Origin: a bacterium
GTDB taxonomy: Bacteria > JAAXHH01
Assembly: GCA_965203885.1 (NCBI GenBank)
Contig: OZ241920.1
Span: forward strand, 3,858,323 to 3,922,322
Length of the DNA stretch: 64,000 nucleotides
Direction: 5' to 3'
The position numbers and the translations under genes are program-made. Position 1 is the first letter of the stretch. Each line of letters starts with the position of its first letter. The notes under the pieces were generated by a model. The model did no database searches. It was not told where the DNA came from and saw only the letters and a program-made list of their open reading frames with translations. Shown in pieces: positions 57,103-64,000 of this stretch.

Positions 57103-57552
57103 CTCCCGTTCACTCGCGGAAATCGGCTTCCACTTGCCCGTAGTCCAGCGGCGCCACAAGAGCGAGACCGCCGCCCCCGCTCCCAGAGCGATGTAGACTC
57201 CCGCGACGCCCAGACGGTATCCAATGGAGTGGTCGTACCACGTGACCAGGAGCATGGTCGACAAAATGAAGAACATGTCTTCTTTGTCCGACTGGTCGAG
57301 TTCCCCTCTCCAAAGCTTCGTCAGGACGGGTACGTCAGTGTTCTTGCGCCGGCGCCAGGTGAACTCCATCGCGAGAGCTCCGGAAACCAAGAATCCAAAG
57401 AACGTGATGGGGATCACCGCGTAGGGAGGGACAACCTCCGGGATTTCCTCCAAGGCTCCATGCAACCAGGAAGCGGCGAGGACAGCGATGATGAAGACCC
57501 CAACTCGGAGAATTCGGGATCTTGACAGGAAATCGTCATCTCCCATTGGCAA
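57085..57552 (-). CDS. Hypothetical four-TM membrane protein
   Basis: 155 aa with hydrophobic segments VGVFIIAVLAASWL, VIPITFFGFLVSGALAM, MFFILSTMLLVTW and GVAGVYIALGAGAAVSLL. Confidence 0.5.
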   Translation of the reverse strand: MPMGDDDFLSRSRILRVGVFIIAVLAASWLHGALEEIPEVVPPYAVIPITFFGFLVSGALAMEFTWRRRKNTDVPVLTKLWRGELDQSDKEDMFFILSTMLLVTWYDHSIGYRLGVAGVYIALGAGAAVSLLWRRWTTGKWKPISASEREGSAGK

Positions 57553-57623
57553 GCCTGTTGGTAATTGAATTGTACATGGAGATCAGATCGTGTCGAAGGC
57601 GTGCCTGAAACCGTTCAGAAATT

Positions 57624-57656
57624 TGCAGAAGGGGACAGTCACTTTCTTGCGCTGTC
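57624..57656. repeat. 33-nt REP-like repeat, copy b (direct orientation)
   Basis: TGCAGAAGGGGACAGTCACTTTCTTGCGCTGTC. It differs from copy a at three positions. Confidence 0.65.
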
Positions 57657-57854
57657 AGGACCACCGTGCACCGGGGACCGGAGAACTGTGAGAAAAGAGG
57701 GTGGCGGGGAGTGCGGCAGTTTTCTTGTCGCCGATTCCGGGCGGTAGTGCGGGCGACAAGGATGACCCCCGTCCCATTGGGGGTTTTCCTACCCCCGCCT
57801 CCGGCAGCTCGTTCTTGGAAACGACATCCGACCGTTGCTGGAGGGCCAGAAGGA

Positions 57855-58451
57855 TCACTTGTCCGACTGGCGCGCCGATTGAACAGATCTACTTTGTCGA
57901 GGCGAACCCCAGTACCAGGCCGCGAACGCGAGCGTACGCACTCGTCGGGCCACGCTGCGAACAGAGGCGGGGAACCAGGCCAACTCGCGATCAGAAGATT
58001 GCCGGGATTGCGCCGATCGAGCATGAACGCCGCGCAGACGCGCCGCTCTGACCCGCACTCCGATGGGCTGACAGCGAGCGTGCGGCACCAGAGTTCCGTC
58101 CGCTTCGAGCGGATAGGTCTCGGGCAGTCCGAGAGCCCGAACACCAGCCTGGGAATGTGCGTCACAGACGACCTGCCGGCGCGGCAAGACGCATCCCAGC
58201 AGAATCGGACCCGTGTCATCGCGAAGATCTTCCGGTTCGTAGGGCCACTTGGCGATGAAAGCCCGAAGATTCAATTGCGCCGTCACCATGTCTTCGTTCA
58301 GGTAGAGCACAGGAAAACTGTCCGGCGGATTCCAGCGGCCACCCAGCTTCCGCGCATAACTCGGATCAAGCGGATTGGTCCATGCCGGATCGGCGATACG
58401 CCACCAGACGTGCGCATCCGAAACCGTTTCGCGCCGCAGTTCCAGGGTCAC
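57855..58451 (-). CDS. RES-domain toxin (NAD-targeting family)
   Basis: GGRWNPPDSFPVLYL, then downstream R...E...S context. I prefer the GTG at 58451, which overlaps the Xre stop (GTGA). The track start is 58487. Confidence 0.75.
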   Translation of the reverse strand: MTLELRRETVSDAHVWWRIADPAWTNPLDPSYARKLGGRWNPPDSFPVLYLNEDMVTAQLNLRAFIAKWPYEPEDLRDDTGPILLGCVLPRRQVVCDAHSQAGVRALGLPETYPLEADGTLVPHARCQPIGVRVRAARLRGVHARSAQSRQSSDRELAWFPASVRSVARRVRTLAFAAWYWGSPRQSRSVQSARQSDK

Positions 58452-58921
58452 GCGTGCACTCGGTCGAATCGGAACATGTCGCGGCATGCCGCCACGACCG
58501 CTCGCGTATCACCCTGTGCCAACAGGTTCACGAGGGACACGCCGCCAAGCGATTGGATAGGTCTGCGCACGACGGCCGGGATTCGGTCGCGTTTGAGATA
58601 GTTTACGAGGAGGTCGGTGGCGCCCGCCAGATCCGACACTGCGCCAGCGCGTTCCGCGGGCACACCCTGCTGCAGCCATTTACCGACTGCTTGGCGGCTC
58701 ACACCGAAGAGACGGGCCGTTTCGGCTTGGCTCAGATCCCAGACCCTTAGGGTTCGCGCCAAGGACCCGCCTGCCCGTCGGCGATCAAGGCTACTGGTAA
58801 ACGCGTCCAGCCAAGCGCTTTCGTTCTCGTGCGCTCTGAATATCTGCTCGGCCGCCTCTTCCGGGCCGAGTCCGCTGATCGTCGCGACCGTTTTCACCCT
58901 TCGCTCTCCGATGGCCCGCAA
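58448..58921 (-). CDS. Xre-type antitoxin with a DUF2384/ParS-like toxin-binding domain
   Basis: It has an HTH (LSQAETARLFGVSRQAVGKWLQ) and a C-terminal PIQSLGGVSLVNLLAQGD. The start codon is uncertain (TTG at 58921). Confidence 0.7.
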   Translation of the reverse strand: MRAIGERRVKTVATISGLGPEEAAEQIFRAHENESAWLDAFTSSLDRRRAGGSLARTLRVWDLSQAETARLFGVSRQAVGKWLQQGVPAERAGAVSDLAGATDLLVNYLKRDRIPAVVRRPIQSLGGVSLVNLLAQGDTRAVVAACRDMFRFDRVHA

Positions 58922-59061
58922 CCATAAGTCAACCGCTACCGAAAGTCAACTTGTGATCCCGTTAAGCCAGCCTTCCGAGCGCGGCGCCGATGACGATACC
59001 TGATGTGATTGAACTGCCTCTCTCACTCCGTCGCCGTCTACCGGCAGCCGGTCTAGGGAGT

Positions 59062-59493
59062 CTATTCGTCACAGCCGTCGCAGGCATAGTGATCGGGGGC
59101 GTCTATCACGTAATCCGTGAAATAAATTCGTTCATTGTCGTCTGTACGGTCACAATCCGCCCCTGTACTCACTTCCTGCGATTCCCCCTTCCGCAGGTCC
59201 CACACTGTGAATTGTTCGAGGCCGGTCCACGTGCCGTTACACTTGATTCTCGCGTTCAGTGATACACGCTCAAGGTGTGTTTTCCCGCCTTCGACCTCAA
59301 CATATAAATACCCATATCGGGACCACCCGGAAACGACTTTGAAATCGAACTCCACGTCAGGGGCCACCGTGCAACGGAACTCTCTCTCTTCGTTATCCGT
59401 CGGACCCAAGTCCCGACACAAATACCAGTCCGTCCCGAACGAAACACTGGAGATGAGCAGAGTCAGCAATAACATACAAACCGACTTGATCAT
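59062..59493 (-). CDS. Small secreted Cys-rich hypothetical protein
   Basis: The start MIKSVCMLLLTLLISSVSFG (ATG at 59493) overlaps the upstream stop as ATGA. GAAGGTGGG lies upstream. The region is lower in GC. Confidence 0.5.
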   Translation of the reverse strand: MIKSVCMLLLTLLISSVSFGTDWYLCRDLGPTDNEEREFRCTVAPDVEFDFKVVSGWSRYGYLYVEVEGGKTHLERVSLNARIKCNGTWTGLEQFTVWDLRKGESQEVSTGADCDRTDDNERIYFTDYVIDAPDHYACDGCDE

Positions 59494-59924
59494 TTTCCCA
59501 CCTTCGGTTTTCTCCACCATTCCTTAGAAATCCCTTTTGGGTTGTTTTTCAATTCCTGAACTACACCTCGAATGTAGTTGCAAGTGTCCTTCACGATATT
59601 CGAGGATGACATAACACCCCCACGGTAAGCCATTAAATCCCCCTGGGAATTCCACAGGAGTAAATAGTGGCCGTGTTCGTACTCATACTCTACGACAAAG
59701 TCTGCCGCTTCCTGTTTGATTGTGGGGATAATTCCGGCACATTCCTTCCGCTGCAACAAATGGATTGTATACTCGTACCGCGTGGGACCTTCAGTTCCAA
59801 GAGGAATATCGGTGACAGATCCGATATAGAGCCGCACCAAGGAAGAATCGCCCGTCTCTGCCCCAAACACAACCCCGACGGCCAAGGCGGCTAGTGCCAG
59901 TGTGAGAATCAGTTTGCGTTTCAT
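59490..59924 (-). CDS. Small secreted hypothetical protein
   Basis: 144 aa with signal peptide MKRKLILTLALAALAVGVVFG and AAAGGAAAT upstream. Confidence 0.5.
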   Translation of the reverse strand: MKRKLILTLALAALAVGVVFGAETGDSSLVRLYIGSVTDIPLGTEGPTRYEYTIHLLQRKECAGIIPTIKQEAADFVVEYEYEHGHYLLLWNSQGDLMAYRGGVMSSSNIVKDTCNYIRGVVQELKNNPKGISKEWWRKPKVGK

Positions 59925-60021
59925 TGGTTTATTTCCTTTGTATTAGCCAAGAAGCCTGTCCGCGTCTTCCGTGTTTCCATCATGGCTAGCATTATACCGG
60001 AAATCTATGACACTTCTTTGG

Positions 60022-60285
60022 CTAGTTTGTTATATAATTCCCCTTATCAAACCAATCAATGAACTCCGAGACCCCTCCTCTGATTTCCTTTCCCCAACAT
60101 ACATTCTCCTTCCAGAGCACGATTGCATCCGAACTGACATCTACACCGGACCGCTTTTCTCTGAACTCCCGACGAACTGCCGGAGCCGCCGGACATCTAT
60201 CAACACTCCTTCTATTCCCCTGCTGAATATCAGATTTCGTCACCGAGATCCGTCTGATGATCTGACGTTGCACTTCTCCATCCAT
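60022..60285 (-). CDS. Possible small hypothetical protein
   Basis: 87 aa from the ATG at 60285, with GAAGG 9 nt upstream. It lies immediately after the nucleotidyltransferase stop. The opposite-strand ORF 59971..60339 looks non-protein-like. Confidence 0.3.
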   Translation of the reverse strand: MDGEVQRQIIRRISVTKSDIQQGNRRSVDRCPAAPAVRREFREKRSGVDVSSDAIVLWKENVCWGKEIRGGVSEFIDWFDKGNYITN

Positions 60286-60290
60286 TCCCA

Positions 60291-61211
60291 CTACCTTCGA
60301 TACCGGGAGATCAACGTCTCCAGATCATTTAGGATCTGATTCCCCATTTCCGGCAACACGATCACCTTTCGGAGTGAACCAAAGTGGATCTCCAGGCACT
60401 CCATGAGAACCCGACCAATGGCCTTCTCGCTCACCGAATTCCGGACCATGCTTTTCGTCACAAGCTCCTCCATCGCCTGCTCTTTCGCCTCGAACCAGCC
60501 CATCAACCGATCCAAACTCCACTCTCCGGCACGGATGGAGTTGTATACCTTGGAATCCCGATCCAGTACCAGATGACCCGAACTCAATATCTGCTCACAC
60601 TCCAGCATGAGCCGGATCAGGTTGTATCCGTACTTCACATCGTACCCGTACTTTTCGATCGACTCCGCCCGTTTCGGATTCCTCTTGGCCGTTTTCTTCT
60701 TGATCTTGGCCAGCTGCGCACAGGCGTACCCGCGGAACGTGTGATAGGACCGTTTCGACAGGAACAGTCGACGGTTACTCCTCAGATGCTCAAATACGGA
60801 TGAGGACTTCGTCACACACCGCCTCGGGGCAAACAGGGAGTCGAGCATATTCGGCTTGTTCTGCATGGTCAGGTGGAAGTACTTCACGATACCGTAGATC
60901 ACGAAGTCATACGTCAGACCATGCTCCTTGTACTCGACATGATGGCGCTGTAGCTGCTCGAACGACTCCGGCTTTCGACCGAATCCAGGGATGTATCCCG
61001 TGAGATGAGGGAACACCATCTCCTTACGTGGGATCGTGAATCCAACGATGTCCCGGTCCGAGCTATTCCGATCCCGGCACCCGTACGCCTCGCTTCCCAT
61101 GATGCACTCGTACATCAGATTGTCCGAGACATACCTCAGTGCCGGAGGGAGTTCAATCAACCCCTTCCGGACAAATTTGACAAAGTGAGAACTATTCGCC
61201 CCTTTGCTCAT
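60291..61211 (-). CDS. Pol-beta-superfamily nucleotidyltransferase (RlaP/pfam10127-like)
   Basis: 306 aa with IMGSEAYGCRDRNSSDRDIVGF (the GS...SDxD NTase motif) and YGYDVKYGYNLIRLMLECEQILSSGHL. Confidence 0.65.
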   Translation of the reverse strand: MSKGANSSHFVKFVRKGLIELPPALRYVSDNLMYECIMGSEAYGCRDRNSSDRDIVGFTIPRKEMVFPHLTGYIPGFGRKPESFEQLQRHHVEYKEHGLTYDFVIYGIVKYFHLTMQNKPNMLDSLFAPRRCVTKSSSVFEHLRSNRRLFLSKRSYHTFRGYACAQLAKIKKKTAKRNPKRAESIEKYGYDVKYGYNLIRLMLECEQILSSGHLVLDRDSKVYNSIRAGEWSLDRLMGWFEAKEQAMEELVTKSMVRNSVSEKAIGRVLMECLEIHFGSLRKVIVLPEMGNQILNDLETLISRYRR

Positions 61212-61615
61212 TGATCCTCCTGATCCTTCTGGACCCGATACTCCAGACCATAGAACTGGAACCCGAAGATCGATATCAGATCCCGAGCCTTACGCGTGAA
61301 CCTGACTGTCTCGACTTCCCCTTTCTCATACTCCATCCACTTCCGGGCAGCCGTGAGATAGTCCGAATCCGACTTCAGAAACGTGTTCGGATCACCCTGT
61401 TTCCGATAGAGCCTCGCGGTAGACAACAGACCCTCCTCAAAGTTCCTTTTTGCCTGGTACACAGTGTTTCCCTGGGCAAAGCAGTCCACTTCGACCGCCT
61501 CGGCAAACCAGCCATCTCCGTGACCTTGCCGCACATGTACTGGCGCATCCATCGAAGGAAGACGATCAAGCCCCCGACAATGGCCGCGCCGAGGCTGCCT
61601 TCCGGCATCGCTCAA
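61208..61615 (-). CDS. HicB-like (UPF0150 fold) small protein
   Basis: VHVRQGHGDGWFAEAVEVDCFAQGNTVYQAKRNFEEGL matches the HicB N-domain pattern. The start is either the TTG at 61615, overlapping the helicase stop, or the ATG at 61552. Its stop overlaps the NTase ATG (ATGA). Confidence 0.55.
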   Translation of the reverse strand: MSDAGRQPRRGHCRGLDRLPSMDAPVHVRQGHGDGWFAEAVEVDCFAQGNTVYQAKRNFEEGLLSTARLYRKQGDPNTFLKSDSDYLTAARKWMEYEKGEVETVRFTRKARDLISIFGFQFYGLEYRVQKDQEDQ

Positions 61616-64000
61616 CGGCGCCGATTTCTCTGGGCGAGAGCGCGGAGGATCTCGTCGAGCACCGTCTCCAATTCGGCGCCGACGTCTTCGGCCAGGAACC
61701 TGAGCACGAAGTAGCCGTGTCGCTGCAGCAGGGCGTCCTTGCTGCGGTCCCGCCGATAGGCCTCACGGTCCGCCAGATGGTGGGCGCCGTCCAGTTCCAC
61801 GACCAGCCGGGCCGAAGGGTCGAGGAAATCGACTTCCATGTGGTTCTGCCCGCAAAACGGAATGGGCAACCGTTCGTTCAACCGGAATCGACCGCGGGTT
61901 TCGGGCAGACTTTGCAGCCGACGAAAGAAGAACGCTTCGCTGGAGCTGCGGGCTTGCGAGGCATCGGGACTGCCGTCCGGCGATGCGGTCGTCAGACGAC
62001 GGAACAGGTCGCCGAGCGGAGCATCTACGCCATCCCGTGACAGACGCCTCACACTCCCGGCGTACCGCTGTTTCCAGGCTCCGTCGGCGGGGAGGGGGAC
62101 GGACGGGGGCCAACCGGGAACCGCGCTGGCCGGCGACGAAATCGTGTATCCAAGGGACTCATAGCTGCGGCGCCGCCTGTCGAACATGCGGGACAACATC
62201 GGTACGTCCAAGTCCGCATAGTCGTACACGCGGACCTGGCGCTTGGAGCGGCGCCTGCGATGCAACCGGCCGACGTACTGCGTGATGGTCCCACGCCAGG
62301 ACACCGGCATGGTGAGAAACAACGTATCGAGCCGCGGGTTGTCGAACCCTTCTCCGACGAACCGGCCCGTCGCCAACAACACCCGTCCGGCGGCGTTCTC
62401 GGCGGCGCGCGCCAGGGCGGAGGCGAGTGCCTTCCGTCCCATGCCTCCCTGGAGCGACACGACGTCGAGACCGTCGGCCCGGAGCTTTTCGGCGAGAACC
62501 TCGAGATGACCGACGCGTTCGGTCAGCACCAGCGGCGCCTGCCCGCCGCGGACGCTCTCCGCCACGTCCGCGCAGATGAGAGAGTTCCGAAGCTCGTCGG
62601 CAGCCAATTGACGCAGGATCCGCTGGAACTCGACGCGCTGATCGGCGTCCGGTTCTCCCTGGACGCGGAAGCCCGTCGGCCGGACGAGCACGTCGCGGGT
62701 GAACGGCGTCGTCAGTGCCTGCAGCCCGGCATCCACCCGGCGACGGACGGGCCCGCACTGCATGAACACGATGGGGTGATGACCGTCCTTCCTCGTCACC
62801 GTCGCCGACAGTCCCGCGACGTACTTCGCCTTGGCGCGACCGACGGCCAGTTCGAAACCGCGGGCGGGAACATGGTGACACTCGTCCACGATCACGAAGC
62901 CGTAGTCCGCGACGCAGTCGTCCACCTCGCCCCGGCGCACCAGGCTCTGCATCATGGCGACGTCGACCCTTCCGGTGAGCTTCCTCCGTCCCCCTCCCAG
63001 GCGACCGATCTCCCCCTCCGCGATGCCCAGAAACTGGGACAACCGGGCGACCCACTGATCCAGCAACTGTTGGCGATGGACCATGACCAGGGCGTTGACG
63101 CCGCGCTCCGCAATCAACCATGCAGCCACGACGGTCTTCCCGAACGCGGGGCCCGCCGCCAGAACGCCGGTATCGTGCGCCAGCAGGGCTCTCGCCGCCG
63201 CTTCCTGTTCCGGACGCAGAGATCCGCGGAATCGAAGCGAAAGAGGGACTCCCGAGTTGCGCTCGTCCCTGATCTTGGACCTGATCTTGTACCGGGCGAG
63301 CAGTCCTTCGACCGGTTCCAGGCAACCCCTTGGAAATCCAATGAATTTCGATCCATGCTCCACGCAGTCGATGATCCGCGGCTTGCCGAACGTCGACAGG
63401 CGCATCGCCTGCGCCCGGTAGAACTCGGGATTCTGAAATGCGGCCAACCGCATGAGCGCCGCGACGATGCCCGGCGGCAAGGCGTCCTTGGCGACGTAGA
63501 TCCGATCGCCGAGAACGATCTCCAAGAGATCGGGAACGGGACCGCCGATGGGCGGAAGCGGAAGTCGACGGGACGGCGGTGCAGACCACGGCGCGTCGGC
63601 GAAGGCGTCTTCGTGCTCCACCACCGCCGCGACTCCCATGACGGGTCCTCGCTTCTCCGCATGGGACACGATGGACTCCGCCTGCGCCGCAGGGATCCGG
63701 CGAAGCTCCGAGAGGAACGCCCACTGGTCCGGATACGGCTTCAGCTCGGAATCGACGAAGACACTGTTGCCGTTTCGACGCGGCCCGTGCTGCAGCGGAA
63801 GGGCGATGAGATTGCCGAATCCGCCCCGGGGCAAGGTATCCTGATTCGGAAAGAACCGGTCGTAGGAACGAAAACCCAGGTCCGGTCGCTCCTCCATCGC
63901 CTCGGTGAGAATCAGGGAGCCCAATCGGCGAGCCAGACCGGCCGGCAACGCCTCGTCGAAAAACATCCACGCGTGGCCACCGTTCCCGGATCGGGACCGT
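61612..64000 (-). CDS. AEP primase-polymerase-like / SF2 DExH helicase / DUF559 endonuclease fusion protein; N-terminus outside the window
   Basis: The frame stays open upstream of the track start. My own translation of 64000..63964 gives RSRSGNGGHAW before MFFDEALP, an AEP sGxGxH motif. GGFGNLIALPLQ follows. Helicase motifs are AGPAFGKTV (I), VIVDECHH (II), GLSAT (III) and QYVGRLHR (VI). The C-terminal EVDFLDPSARLVVELDGAHH...GYFVLRF matches DUF559/Vsr-like. Confidence 0.75.
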   Translation of the reverse strand, partial: RSRSGNGGHAWMFFDEALPAGLARRLGSLILTEAMEERPDLGFRSYDRFFPNQDTLPRGGFGNLIALPLQHGPRRNGNSVFVDSELKPYPDQWAFLSELRRIPAAQAESIVSHAEKRGPVMGVAAVVEHEDAFADAPWSAPPSRRLPLPPIGGPVPDLLEIVLGDRIYVAKDALPPGIVAALMRLAAFQNPEFYRAQAMRLSTFGKPRIIDCVEHGSKFIGFPRGCLEPVEGLLARYKIRSKIRDERNSGVPLSLRFRGSLRPEQEAAARALLAHDTGVLAAGPAFGKTVVAAWLIAERGVNALVMVHRQQLLDQWVARLSQFLGIAEGEIGRLGGGRRKLTGRVDVAMMQSLVRRGEVDDCVADYGFVIVDECHHVPARGFELAVGRAKAKYVAGLSATVTRKDGHHPIVFMQCGPVRRRVDAGLQALTTPFTRDVLVRPTGFRVQGEPDADQRVEFQRILRQLAADELRNSLICADVAESVRGGQAPLVLTERVGHLEVLAEKLRADGLDVVSLQGGMGRKALASALARAAENAAGRVLLATGRFVGEGFDNPRLDTLFLTMPVSWRGTITQYVGRLHRRRRSKRQVRVYDYADLDVPMLSRMFDRRRRSYESLGYTISSPASAVPGWPPSVPLPADGAWKQRYAGSVRRLSRDGVDAPLGDLFRRLTTASPDGSPDASQARSSSEAFFFRRLQSLPETRGRFRLNERLPIPFCGQNHMEVDFLDPSARLVVELDGAHHLADREAYRRDRSKDALLQRHGYFVLRFLAEDVGAELETVLDEILRALAQRNRRR

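Overview
This is a high-GC bacterial chromosome segment. A hand-counted core line gave about 67% G+C. The core genes suggest an Acidobacteriota or PVC-type organism, which is inference only. Those genes are two paralogous PSCyt/PSD (DUF1549/DUF1553) + DUF1501 pairs, an FG-GAP/ASPIC-like protein, a Rieske protein plus a fused cytochrome b-c, a UbiD-family decarboxylase, lysA, nfo, arfB, an aquaporin, an O-antigen ligase and a glycosyltransferase.

Accessory material sits between the housekeeping blocks:
- Tandem RHH-PIN and MazEF toxin-antitoxin (TA) pairs at 7.1-8.5 kb.
- An AT-rich island of about 4 kb at 9.7-13.6 kb. It carries a MotA-like/MotB-like/HNH operon (type II Zorya-like), a decayed serine recombinase and a methyltransferase gene fragment.
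- Two VapBC pairs, at 13.8-14.4 kb and 34.3-34.9 kb.
- An ABC-type ATPase plus an RloB/Toprim-like pair at 32.4-34.0 kb (AbiL/OLD-like).
- An ORF-less group II intron at 28.5-29.2 kb, sitting in the loop of a REP-like hairpin.
- A translationally coupled DUF4143 AAA+ ATPase plus a 1301-aa NACHT/STAND NTPase with a C-terminal PD-(D/E)xK signature, at 50.5-55.7 kb.
- Intact and decayed TA modules at 55.8-58.9 kb, including RES-Xre.
- A primase-polymerase (AEP)/SF2 helicase/DUF559 fusion gene at 61.6 kb to the window end. A lower-GC cassette (HicB-like, RlaP-like nucleotidyltransferase, small ORF, two small secreted proteins) is joined to its 3' end.

Several families of intergenic hairpin repeats recur. 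Two large genes carry single-base frameshifts in the same local sequence context.

I recognised no rRNA, tRNA or CRISPR array. All domain calls come from reading motifs by eye, with no searches run. Start codons are approximate where noted.
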